From NCBI GenBank assembly GCA_026770705.1, contig JANJGN010000189.1, positions 372,001 to 436,000 on the forward strand: a stretch of DNA of 64,000 nucleotides. The letters are read 5' to 3'. Positions 12,660 through 23,986 of this stretch are shown piece by piece (the stretch's first letter is position 1; each line of letters opens with the position of its first letter). A program made the translations under genes and the position numbers. The notes below the pieces were generated by a model. The model saw only the letters and a program-made list of their open reading frames with translations, was not told where the DNA came from and searched no databases. The DNA is from Isurus oxyrinchus. Its lineage: Eukaryota.

Positions 12660-12875
12660 AAATAAATACTGCAGATGCTGTAAATCTGAAATAAAAACAG
12701 AAAATGCTGCATTAACTCAGCAGGTCTGGCAGCAGCTGTGGAGAGAGAAACAGAGTTTTTGCTTATAGACTCTGAAGAAGGGTCATACGGACTCGAAATG
12801 ATTATTCTGTTTATCTCTGCACAGATGCTGCCAGACCTACTCAGTTTCTCCAGCATTTTCTGTTTTTATTTCAGG
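12660..12875. mobile_element. Fold-back (inverted pair) Penelope terminal-repeat element
   Basis: Arms are reverse complements; CTGAAGA...GAAA motif at 12772-12798. Confidence 0.7.
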
Positions 12876-13975
12876 TGCTCTCTTGTTCCTGTGTAGCAGG
12901 CTCGAGGGGGCTGAATGGCCTCCTCCTGTTCCTATTCAATGGGCAGTCAAAGCATGTGTCTGATTTTGGACATCGAACCCAATTCTGTCCTCAGGACACT
13001 GATAGAGGGAGAGACCAGTTATAGATCAATGCAGGAGGATTATTTATTTTCCCAATCTTTGATCCAAGCATCTCATCAAACACAGAGCGGAATACTGATC
13101 AAGGATGTTGGTCTCTGTAATCTGTAACACATCGCACAGTCCACCCATCCACTCAGCCTTCAGGATGGATGCTAAATGTACTCTCCAAGTGTGAAGGACT
13201 AAAATGGTGGTTTATTGCAGCTCTATCTCATTCTGTTATCAAAGCTGTCTCATCCATCCATGACATATTGAAGAAGATAAACCTGCAACCAATTTTTCAC
13301 ATCATAATTTCCAATGTTCATTGGCTATATCAATGTAAACATGTCACGTTGTACTGATGAACTCACATCATTGGTGGCACTGTAGCACATGTTATCTTCT
13401 AAGCTGCAGAGAATTTCTCAAATCTCCAATCAAATTGTATCCCAGATTGTTGTTCGTTTCGCTGTTTAACAATGAAGTGTAAAATCCAAATATATTTCTG
13501 AAAATACATTTGACTACAAAATGGTGTAAATTTTACCAATCTCCTCTGTTCCAATTATCCACCGATCCTGCATTTCCTGAAGTCTGCACTGGCTGATGAA
13601 TATTCTAAACACTGACAGACAGGAAGGTGAATAACAGAATGAAAATTAACTCTTAATCACGGACACGGGATTGAATTTGTCCGTTCTGTCCTGGTACATC
13701 ATCGAACGATATCTAAAGACATTTACAATCAGAATGGAGAGAAGGATGTTTCCAACAGTGAGGGACAATTCTGAAGGAGGATGTTCGAATTGAAACCCAC
13801 AGACAATCATCCTGGATAGATCATTCCGAAGAAATTCCATCAGATTGTAACAAGAGGTTTAAATCTATTTCCTGGGAGTGAGTACCTGTGGATATTAGGA
13901 AGGTAAATTGGAGTTTTGAATGATTCTCCCATTCTGTATTCTCCCCACACTGTGTGTGTCTCATTCTTGCTCAGT

Positions 13976-14092
13976 TTATAAATTCCCATAAACAGAATCC
14001 TTGGCAAAAGTACAGTTTGCGTAAAGATCATCATCTGTATCAGGATTGACTCCGCGGTTAGATTTCATTTCCAGATCCTTCTCATCTTTCTT
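13976..14092 (-). CDS. Terminal cytoplasmic exon with Tyr motifs: KKDEKDLEMKSNRGVNPDTDDDLYANCTFAKDSVYGNL*
   Basis: ttctattacag acceptor, phase 0, ITIM-like SVYGNL; AATAAA at 13048-13043 conserved in the paralogue. Confidence 0.8.
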   Translation of the reverse strand, partial: KKDEKDLEMKSNRGVNPDTDDDLYANCTFAKDSVYGNL

Positions 14093-14179
14093 CTGTAATA
14101 GAAACAGAAATGATCAGAGTGACAATCAGTGTTTAGTATTATTGATCCAAATCGAAAATTCCACCCACAATACATACAT

Positions 14180-15305
14180 TAATTATTGACACTGAACAGG
14201 GTTTGATTATTGATTCTGAACGGGGTTTGATTATTGATTCTGAACAAGGTTTGAATATTGACACTGAATGGGGTTTGATTATTGATACTGAACAGGGTTT
14301 GATTATTGATACTGAACGGGGTTTGATTATTGATATTGAACGGGGTTCGATTATTGATACTGAACGGGGTTTGATTATTGATACTGAACGGGGTTTGATT
14401 ATTGATACTGAATGGGATTTGTTTATTGATTCTGAACGGGGTTCGATTATTGATACTGAACGGGGTTTGATTATTGATACTGAACGGGGTTTGATTATTA
14501 ATACTGAACGGGGTTTGATTATTGTTACTGAATGGGGTTTGATTATTGACACTGAACGGGGGTTGATTATTGATACTGAACGGGGTTTGATTATTGATAC
14601 TGAACGGGGGTTGATTATTGATACTGATCGGGGGTTGATTATTGATACTGAACGGGGTTTGATTATTGAAACTGTACGGGGTTTGATTATTGATTATGAA
14701 CGGGTTTTGATTATTGATACTGAACGGGGTTTGATTATTGACACTGAACGGTGTTTGATTATTGATTCTGAACGGGGTTTGATTATTGATACTGTACGGG
14801 GTTTGATTATTGATTATGAACGGGTTTTGATTATTGATACTGAACGGGGTTTGATTATTGATTATGAACGGGTTTTGATTATTGACACTGAACAGGGTTT
14901 GATTATTTATACTGAACGGTGTTTGATTATTGATCCTGAACGGAGTTTGATTATTGATCCTGAAAGGGGTTTGATTATTGATACTGAACTGGGTTTGATT
15001 ATTGATACTGAACTGGGTTTGATTATTGATTCTGAAAGGAGTTTGATTATTGATACTGAATGGGGTTTGATTATTGACATTGAACGGGGTTTGATTATTG
15101 ATTCTAAACGGTGTTTGATTATTGAACCTGAACGGAGTTTGATTATTGATACTGAACGGGGTTTGTTTATTGATTCTGAACAGTGTTTGATTATTGATTC
15201 TGAAAGGGGTTTGATTATTGATACTGAACGGGGTTTGATTATTGATTCTGAACGGGGTTTGATTATTGATTCTGATCGGGGTTTGATTATTGATTCTGAA
15301 CGGTG
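14180..15305. repeat. 24-bp intronic minisatellite (CGGGGTTTGATTATTGATACTGAA), about 46 units
   Basis: Tandem units; 8-aa periodic ORFs. Confidence 0.95.
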
Positions 15306-15436
15306 TTGGGTGTGAGTTTGGTTGGGTTTGGGAGTGACTGTATAAAACATTGCAGATACAGGACTGGAGCAGCCATATCAATAACCAGGCTACTGGAGCA
15401 GCTGAGAGGCTGGGGATCCTGTGGTGTGTGACTCAC

Positions 15437-15541
15437 CTGATTCCTCAAAGCCCAACCACGCTCACAGTTTTCATAAACAGGACCTCGATATTCATCAACA
15501 CGATGGTTCGATTTGATTCCTGCTTTCACCTCGCCTCTCTT
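15437..15541 (-). CDS. Putative cytoplasmic exon KRGEVKAGIKSNHRVDEYRGPVYENCERGWALRNQ (phase 0-0)
   Basis: Acceptor context paralogous to the terminal exon; VYENC motif; CAG|gtgagt donor. Confidence 0.6.
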
Positions 15542-15889
15542 CTGTAATAGAGATGGAAATGGACAGAGTGACAATCAACATGATGTGTATTCGGTGTTGG
15601 GTTTGATTATTGGGGAGAGAGTTCCAGATTTCCACTCCCCTTTGTGTGAAGAAGTGCTTCCTGACATCACCCCTGAACGGCCTGGCTCCAATCTGAAGTT
15701 CCAGCCCCCTTGTTCTGGACTCCACCCGACCCCCACCACCCACCCCCACCCGAGGGAATAGCTTCTCTCTATCGACCCTATCGAGTGTTTAATCAGTTTG
15801 AACCCCTCAGTTACATCACTCCTTTAATCTTCTAGACCTGAGGGAATATAATCGTAGACTGTGTGTAACCTGTCTGCATAATTTAACCA

Positions 15890-16325
15890 GAAAGATGTTC
15901 TGTACAACAGACCTGAGCCTCACACCCAGATCTCAATAATCTGTAGAAATCTTTCAAAGGCATCAATCATTGGAATCTGATTATATATAAAGTCACAACA
16001 TTAACAAAGGACGGTGTTGGTGGTGGAAGTGAATTCCAATCGTTCCGTTACTTACCCAGTACCTGTCCGACTGCTCGCCTGGGGAGGAACTGCCCATACG
16101 CTCTGCTTGGGCTGAATGACCTCTTCCTGTGCTGCTCCCTCTGTGTGTTTAATGAGAAAGGGTTGATGTGTCTCTGTGAATCAAATCAGGAATTGGGGAA
16201 CAATTGTGAAAACCCTTTCATTGAAACGTAGGGCCTTAGTGTTGTGTTGTAAACAAACTGTTAACCCTTTGTGTCCTGACTCTGTGTCGTGATTCCTGTG
16301 TAAAGCTGAGCAGTCGTTGAGCGAG
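15890..16325 (-). promoter_or_regulatory. Misplaced promoter/exon-1/intron-1 copy lying between TM and tail exons
   Basis: Homologous to about 27800-28215; donor after 16056. Confidence 0.7.
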
Positions 16326-16792
16326 TTTCAATTCACTGCTCAATCCAGCTGTTGAGGTGGATCTTCTGAAGGAGCAGATGTTGCTCAGCGCTCCTTAAAA
16401 ATGTGAGAGACTGAACAACGTGTAGGAGGATGAGAGAGAGAATGAGAAGGAGAGCATTAGTGGAGATTGGAGAGAGTGAATGAAACATGGAAAGAGGAAA
16501 GAGATTGCATTCACTAACAAAAGAAAGGTTTTCATTTATATAGCTCCTTTCACATCCTCAGTAGGTCACAAGGTATCTTATGGTCCGGGTCAACACTGCC
16601 AGTTACAGGACTGAGTTGTGAAACAGTGAATGTTGGATGAGATGTTAAACAGTAGGTGAACATCAAAGCTCTTCAGGGGCTGTGAAGGGTTTTGGGTTGT
16701 GAAAGGTGCTATAGAAATGCAAGTTCTTTCTATAAGGAGAGAAGTTTGAAGAAAACATTTTCAAAAACAACCAATTAAACCTTCACACTTAC

Positions 16793-16889
16793 TTTCTCAC
16801 ACACTTGAAGATGAAGAATCCACTCAGTCCAACACTCAAACAGATTCCAGCTCCAAGCAATCCTGCTTTCCATTCATTGGAATCTCGCC
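16793..16889 (-). CDS. TM exon with uncharged core: RDSNEWKAGLLGAGICLSVGLSGFFIFKCVRK (97 nt, phase 1-2)
   Basis: ttttacag and gtaagt boundaries; homologous to 62386-62482. Confidence 0.85.
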
Positions 16890-17129
16890 CTGTAAAATCA
16901 GCCAATGAATGACTCCGGTACAGTTTGAGAATGGTTCTCTATGTACATGTAGTAATTCTGAACTTGTGAAGTGATATTGTCTATGCATGAAAGGTCTATA
17001 CAAATAACATTTATCTATGTAATATTTATTGATAATATCCATGTACATGCAGGTTTCTATAAGGAGGATTCACATATAACAGAGGTGCCAAGCTGCTGAG
17101 GTGACACACAGGACTACATACACACCAAA

Positions 17130-17830
17130 CAGCGGAAACAACATGCTATAGACAGAGCAAAGCGATCCCACAACCAACGGGTCAGATCTAAGCTCTGCAG
17201 TCCTGCCACATCCAGTCATGAATGGTGATGGACAATTAAAGATCTAACAGGAGGAGGATGTTCCACAAATATCCCCATCCTTAATGATGGGGGAGCTCAG
17301 CACATCAGTGCAAATGACAAGGCTGAAGCATTGGCAACCATGTTCAGCCAGAAGTGCTGAGTGGATGCTCCATCTCGGCCTCCTCCAGAGGGTCCCAGCA
17401 TCACAGATGTCAGCTTTCAGACAATTCGATTGACTCCACGTGACATCAGCAATTAGCTGATGATACTGGATACAGCAAAGGCTATTGGCCCTGGCAACAA
17501 CCCAGCAACAGGAAATAATGTGGCTACAAGAGCGGGTAAGAGGCTGGGAACTCTGCGGTGAGTAACTCACCTCCTGACCCCCCAAAGCCTGTCCACCATC
17601 GACAAGGCACAAGTCAGGAGTGTGATGGAATAATCTCCAATTGCCTGAATAAGTGCAGCTCCAACAACACTCAAGAAGCTCGACACCATCCAGGAGCAGC
17701 TTGTTTGATCGACAGCCCATCCACCAGCATAAACATTCATACCCTCCACCACTGGCACACAATGGCAGCAGTGTGTGCACCATCTACAAGATGCACTGCA
17801 GCAACTCACCAAGGCTCCTTCGACAGCACC
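17130..17830 (+). mobile_element. CR1/L2-group LINE ORF2 fragments, internally deleted
   Basis: TNIPILNDGGAQH and TIDKAQVRSVME*SP motifs; same family as 40305-41380. Confidence 0.8.
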
Positions 17831-18155
17831 TTCCAAACTCTTAACCTCTTCCACCAAGACAGTTCCAAGTCAGTGAGGTGTGTGATTTGGAAGCGAACTT
17901 GAGGTGGTGGTCTGCCCTGGGACTTGGAAATATATTGGCCGTTCTTTCACCATCACTGGGACAAAATCCTGGAACTCCCACCCTAACAGCACTGAGGGTG
18001 TACCTACACCACAGGGAATGTAGTGGTTAAAGAAGGCAGCTCACCACCACCTTCTCAAGGGGCAGTTACAGATGGGCAATAATTTCTGGTCTTGTCAACA
18101 ATGCCCACATCCCATGAGCTAACAACAAGAGAACGTTCAATTCTGTGTAACTCAC

Positions 18156-18437
18156 GTTCCACAGTGATGGTTATGAACCCCTCCACTGCTCCATGTTCAT
18201 TCTCTGCCACACACTGATATTCTCCAGTGTCCCTGGATGTAACGTGAGGAATCACCAACCACAGCTCATTGTTGGAACTTGTTCTGTTCATTGGGACATT
18301 AAGATGTTGCCACGTCAGGTTAGAAGCTGGGAAGCTCTCGACAGAGCAGATTATCACTGCAGAATTCCCCTCAATTATATTGATTGATGAAGCGTTAATC
18401 ATATCAAGAGAATTAATTGAGAGATTCTGTGGTGTGT
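18156..18437 (-). CDS. C2-set Ig exon (282 nt, phase 1-1)
   Basis: IICSVESFPASNLTW...DTGEYQCVAENEHG; AG/GT boundaries. Confidence 0.92.
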
Positions 18438-18564
18438 CTGAAAACAAATAAAGATCATTACTTACATTGACTGTGAAACGCTTTGAGACACCCTGAGAAT
18501 GTGAAAGGTGTGATATCAATGTAGGTTCCTTCACCACAAAGCACTTAATTCAGGCAGACAATTC

Positions 18565-19145
18565 AGTTCAGTAGTGAGGGAGTGCTGTATTGTTGGAGGG
18601 TCAGTACTGATGGAGTGCTGCACTGTTGGAGGGTCAGTACTGAGGGAGAGCTGCCCTCTTGGCGCGTGAGTACTGATGACCTGCTGCACTGTTGGAGGGC
18701 AGGTACTGTGAAAGCTGCACTGCCGCATAGTCAGTACTGAGCAAGTACTTCACTGTCAGAGAATCAGTACTGAGGGAGTGCTGAACTGTTGGAGGATCAG
18801 TACTGAGGGAGTGCTGCACTGTTGGGGGATCAGAACCGCTTCACTGAGTTTCGGTTAAAACTGAACTGGAACACACACTGTCAGAGGGTCAGTACTGAGG
18901 GAGTGCTGCACTGTTGGAGAATCAGTACTGAAGCAGTGCTGCACTGTCAGAGGCTCAGTATTGTGGGAGTGCTGCACTGCCAGAGGGTCAGTACTGAGGG
19001 AATGCTGCACTGTCAGAGGCTCAGTATTGTGGGAGTGCTGCACTGCCAGAGGGTCAGTACTGAGGGAGTGCTGCACTGTCAGAGGGTCATTCCTGAGGGC
19101 ATGCTGCACTGTTGGAGAATCAGTACTGAGGGAGTGCTGCACTGT
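18565..19145. repeat. 33-bp minisatellite
   Basis: Tandem units. Confidence 0.9.
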
Positions 19146-20157
19146 CACAGGATCAAATTATTTCGATCCAAACCCCATATTGTTGTATTGTTGATTCCGA
19201 TGCAGCATTGTAGACTGACTTGTCCCCAAGCTCAGCACTGACCCTACTCCAGCAGACCCTGTGAAACACACTAACAAAGCGCCTCTAGCCTGAGCTCTGC
19301 ATGTGTTGGAGGTGCCGCTGTGGTGGGTTCATGACCTTCACCATCCGCTTCACTGAGTTTCGGTTAAAACGGAAATGGAACACAAACTAAACACTGATGG
19401 AAACCATCACTTCCTCTTCTCCAACATGAAGAGTTTCAGCAGAAGAGGTAAACTGTTGCTGAAAAGGAACTTTCTTCATCATATTACAGAATCATATAGA
19501 ATAGCAGGAGGCCATTCATGCCATCTTGGCTGTGCTAGCTCTTTAAAAGAAGCACACAATTGGTTTCAATCCACCTCTCTTCCCCCATCGTCCTTCAAAT
19601 TCTTCCTGTTCCAGATTGAATCCAAATTCATGAATATAAATCCCCTCAGATGGGAGTAACCATCACTGAGCAGGCAGGTTAGGTTTTATTGTGCACAGCG
19701 AGTTGCTGTGATCTGGAAGGTGCTGCCTGAAAGGGCGGTGGAAGCAGATTCAATAGGATCTTTCAAAATACTTGCAGAGTGTGAGAGAATGGGAGATTGG
19801 GACCAATTGGATATCTGTCCCAGGAGACCAGGACAGGGACAATGGGCTGAGTGGCCTCTTTCTGTGCTGTTTGATTCTGTGGTTTTCTAATATTTATCTG
19901 CACTGCAGATCAGAGACAAACAGGAAACAATAAACTTCTGACCTTTCCACACAGGCTGAATTGTCATCTCTTTATTTTCAGCCAGTTTGCTTAATTCTTG
20001 TGGTTTGGTGGTGAAACTGTGCAGCAAGTGTGAGTGTTGGGTTGTAGATCTGTCTATTCTGACTGCTGCTGTGCTCATGGTGACTTCTCAATTACATGAG
20101 AGTCTCTGAGATCCTCCACACCCAAGGATTAAGGAGAGACTTCCAAAGATTCAGGAC

Positions 20158-21503
20158 CCTGTACTGAAGAGGTGCTGCACTGTCAGAGGGTCAGTACTGA
20201 GGGAGTGCTGCACTGTCAGAGGGTCAGTACTGAGGGAGTGCTGCACTGTCAGAGGGTCAGTACTGAGGGAGTGCTGCACTGTCAGAGGGTCAGTACTGAG
20301 GGAGTGCTGCACTGTCAGAGGGTCAGTACTGAGGGAGTGCTGCACTGTCAGAGGGTCAGTACTGAGGGAGTGTTGCACTGTCAGAGGGTCAGTACTGAGG
20401 GAGTGCTGCACTGTCAGAGGGTCAGTACTGAGGGAGTGCTGCACTGTCAGCGGGTCAGTACTGAGGGAGTGCTGCACTGTCAGAGGGTCAGTACTGAGGG
20501 AGTGCTGCACTGTCAGAGGGTCAGTACTGAGGGAGTGCTGCACTGTCAGCGGGTCAGTACTGAGGGAGTGCTGCACTGTCAGAGGGTCAGTACTGAGGGA
20601 GTGCTGCACTGTTGGAGGGTCATTACTGAGGGAGTGCTGCACTGTCAGAGGGTCAGTACTGAGGGAGTGCTGCACTGTCAGAGGGTCAGTACTGAACCAA
20701 TGCTGCACTGTCAGTGGGTCAGTACTGAGGGAGTGGTGCACTGTCAGAGGGTCAGTACTGAGGGAGTGCTGCACTGTCAGAGGGTCAGTACTGAGGGAGT
20801 GCTGCACTGTCAGAAGTACAGTACTGAGGGAGTGCTGCACTGTCAGAGGGTCAGTACTGAGGGAGTGCTGCACAGTAAGAGGGTCAGTACTGAGGGAGTG
20901 CTGCACTGTCAGAGGGTCAGTACTGAAGCAATGCTGCGGTGTCAGAGGGTCAGTATTGAGGGAGTGCTGCACTGTAAGAGGGTCAGTACTGAGGGAGTGC
21001 TGCACTGTCAGAGGGTCAGTATTGAGGGAGTGCTGCACTGTCAGAGGGACAGAACTGAGGGAGTGCTGCACTGTCATAGGGTCAGTACTGAGTGAGTGCT
21101 GCACTGTCAGAGGGTCAGTATTGAGGGAGTGCTGCACTGTCAGAGGGTCAGTATTGAGGGAGTGCTGCACTGCCAGAAGTTCAGTACTGAGGGAGTGCTG
21201 CACTGTCAGTGAGTCAGTATTGAGGCAGTGCTGCACTGTAAGAGAGTCAGTACTGAGGGATTGCTTCACTATCGGTGGTTCAGAACTGAGGGAGTGCTGC
21301 ACTGTCAGTGAGTCAGTATTGAGGGAGTGCTGCACTGTCAGAGGGTCAGTACTGAGGGAGTGCTGCACTGCCAGAAGTTCAGTACTGAGGGCGTGCTGCA
21401 CTGTCAGAGAGTCAGTTTTGAGGGAGTGCTGCACTGTCAGAGGGTCAGTACTGAGGGAGTGCTGCACTGTCAGAGGGTGAGAACTGAGGGAGTGCTGCAC
21501 TGT
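20158..21503. repeat. 33-bp minisatellite, about 40 units, most homogeneous at the left end
   Basis: Tandem units. Confidence 0.97.
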
Positions 21504-21519
21504 GAATCATTGGAATCTC

Positions 21520-22680
21520 TCGAGGGGCTGAATGGCCTGCTCCTGTTCCTGTGTAATGGGATTGAGGGGGCTGAATGGGCCCCTCATGTTCATGGGTAAC
21601 AGGCTCAAGGGGTTGAACGGCCTCCTCCTTTTCTTTTGTTACAAGCTCGATGGCTGAATGGGCCTCCTCCTGTTCCTGTGTAACAGGCTCGAGGAGCTGA
21701 ATGGGCCTCCTCCTGTTCATGTGTAACAGGCTCGAGGGGCTGAATGAGCCTCCTCCTGTTCCTGTGTAACAGGCTCGAGGGGGCTGAATGGCCTCCTCCT
21801 GTTCCTGTGTAACAGGCTCGAGGGGGCTGAATGGGCCTCCTCCTGTTCCTGTGTAACAGGCTTCAGGGGGCTGAATGGGCCTCCTCCTGTTCCTGTGTCA
21901 CAGGCTTGAGGAGCTGAATGGGCCTCCTCCTGTTCCTGTGTAACAGGCTCGAGGGGGCTGAATGGCCTCCTCCTGTTCCTGTGTAACAGGCTTCAGGGGG
22001 CTGAATGGGCCTCCTCCTGTTCCTGTGTAACAGGCTCGAGGGGGCTGAATGGGCCTCCTCCTGTTCCTGTGTAACAGGCTCGAGGGGGCTGAATGGCCTC
22101 CTCCTGTTCCTGTGTAATAGGCTCGAGGGGGCTGAATGGCCTCCTCCTGTTGCTGTGTAACAGGCTCGAGGGGGCTGAATGGGCCTCCTCCTGTTCCTGT
22201 GCAACAGGCTTCAGGGGGCTGAATGGGCCTCCTCCTGTTCCTGTGTAACAGGCTCGAGGGGGCTGAATGGCCTCCTCCTGTTCCTGTGTAACAGGCTCGA
22301 GGGGGCTTAATTGCCTCCTTCTGTTCCTGTGTAACAGGCTCATGGGGCTGAATGGGCCTCCTCCTGTTCCTGTGTAACAGGCTCAAGGGGCTGAATGGGC
22401 GTCCTCCTGTTCCTGTGTAACAGACTCGAGGCAGCTGAATGGGCCTCCTCCTGTTGCTGTGTAACAGGCTCGAGGGGCTGAATGGGCCTCCTCCTGTTCC
22501 TGTGTAACAGGCTTGAGGGGCTGAATGGGCCTCCTCCTGTTCCTGTGTAACAGGCTCGAGGGGGCTGAATGGGCCTCCTCCTGTTCCTGTGTAACAGGCT
22601 CGAGGGGCTGAATGGGCCTCCTCCTGTTGCTGTGTAACAGGCTTCAGGGGGCTGAATGGGCCTCCTCCTTTCTTCTGTGT
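21520..22680. repeat. ~44-bp minisatellite, about 26 units
   Basis: Tandem units. Confidence 0.95.
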
Positions 22681-23760
22681 AAATGGCCAGTCCAAAGGAT
22701 GTGTTTGATGCTGGGGTTAATGGCCTCCAACACAATCCTGTCCTCACATGATTAACTTAGTTAGTGACTGGTTACTGGTTAATGCAGGAGGATTATTTAT
22801 TTTCCCAATCTTTTATCCATGTGTCTGGTTAGGATCTTTTCATCAAACACAGAGCAGAACCAGGATCGAGGATGTTGGTGTCTGAAATCTGTAACACATC
22901 GCACAGTCCACCCATTCACTCAGCCTTCAGGATGGAGGCTAATTGTTCTTTCAGAAACTGAAAGACTGAAATGGTTGTAAGTTGTAGCTTTAGCTCATTC
23001 TGTTGTCCAAGCTGTTTCAGCCATCCAGGATACAGTGAAAAACGTACATTTGCAAGCAACTTTTCACATCATAGCTCCCTCTGTTCACAATGACATTGGC
23101 AACATCAATGTAAACATGTCACGCTGTAATGACATCCTCCCACCAGTGCTGGCACCGTAGCACACCTGTTTTCCTCTGTGTTGTCGGAAGTCTACCAATT
23201 CTCCAATCAAATTGTTTCCCTTTCCCAGGCTGCGATTAGTCTAATATTAAACAATAACTCATAAAATACACATGTTCTCTGAACATATGTTTGACTGCAA
23301 AATGGTGAATAAACTGTAGGGATTTGCTCTGGTCCAATTATCCACCGATCCTGCATTTCCTGAAGTCTGCACTGGCTGATGAATATTCTGTAAACACTGA
23401 CAGACAGGAAGGTGAATAACAGAATGAAAATTAACTCATAATCACGGACACGGGATTGAATTTGTCCGTTCTGTCCTGGTACATCATCGAACGATATCTA
23501 AAGACATTTACAATCAGAATGGAGAGAAGGATGTTTCCAACAGTGAGGGACAAATCTGAAGGAGGATGTTCGAATTGAAACCCACAGACAATCATCCTGG
23601 ATAGATCATTCCGAAGAAATTCCATCAGATTGTAACAAGAGGTTTAAATCTATTTCCTGGGAGTGAGTTCCTGTGGATATTAGGAAGGTAAATTGGAGTT
23701 TTGAATGATTCTCCCATTCTGTATTCTCCCCACACTGTGTGTGTCTCATTCTTGCTCAGT

Positions 23761-23877
23761 TTATAAATTCCCATAAACAGAATCCTTGGCAAAATCACAG
23801 TTTGCGTAAAGATCATCATCTGTATCAGGATTGACTCCGCGGTTAGATTTCATTTCCAGAACATTTTCATCTTTCTT
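23761..23877 (-). CDS. Orphan terminal cytoplasmic exon KKDENVLEMKSNRGVNPDTDDDLYANCDFAKDSVYGNL*
   Basis: Near-identical to 13976-14092 (offset 9785 bp) with its 3' UTR; AATAAA at 22801-22796. Confidence 0.8.
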   Translation of the reverse strand, partial: KKDENVLEMKSNRGVNPDTDDDLYANCDFAKDSVYGNL

Positions 23878-23986
23878 CTGTAATAGAAACAGAAATGATC
23901 AGAGTGACATTCAGAGTGATCAGTGTTTAGTATTATTGATCCAAATCGAAAATTCCACCCACAATACATACATTAATTATTGATAC

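Noticed and set aside
14180-15305. CRISPR-like appearance of tandem arrays
   Set aside because: No unique spacers, no cas genes, and a eukaryotic intron context.
20151-22747. Long ORFs (up to 449 aa) with VQHSLSTDPLT or similar periodicity
   Set aside because: Translations of the 33-bp and 44-bp satellites; no evidence of coding.
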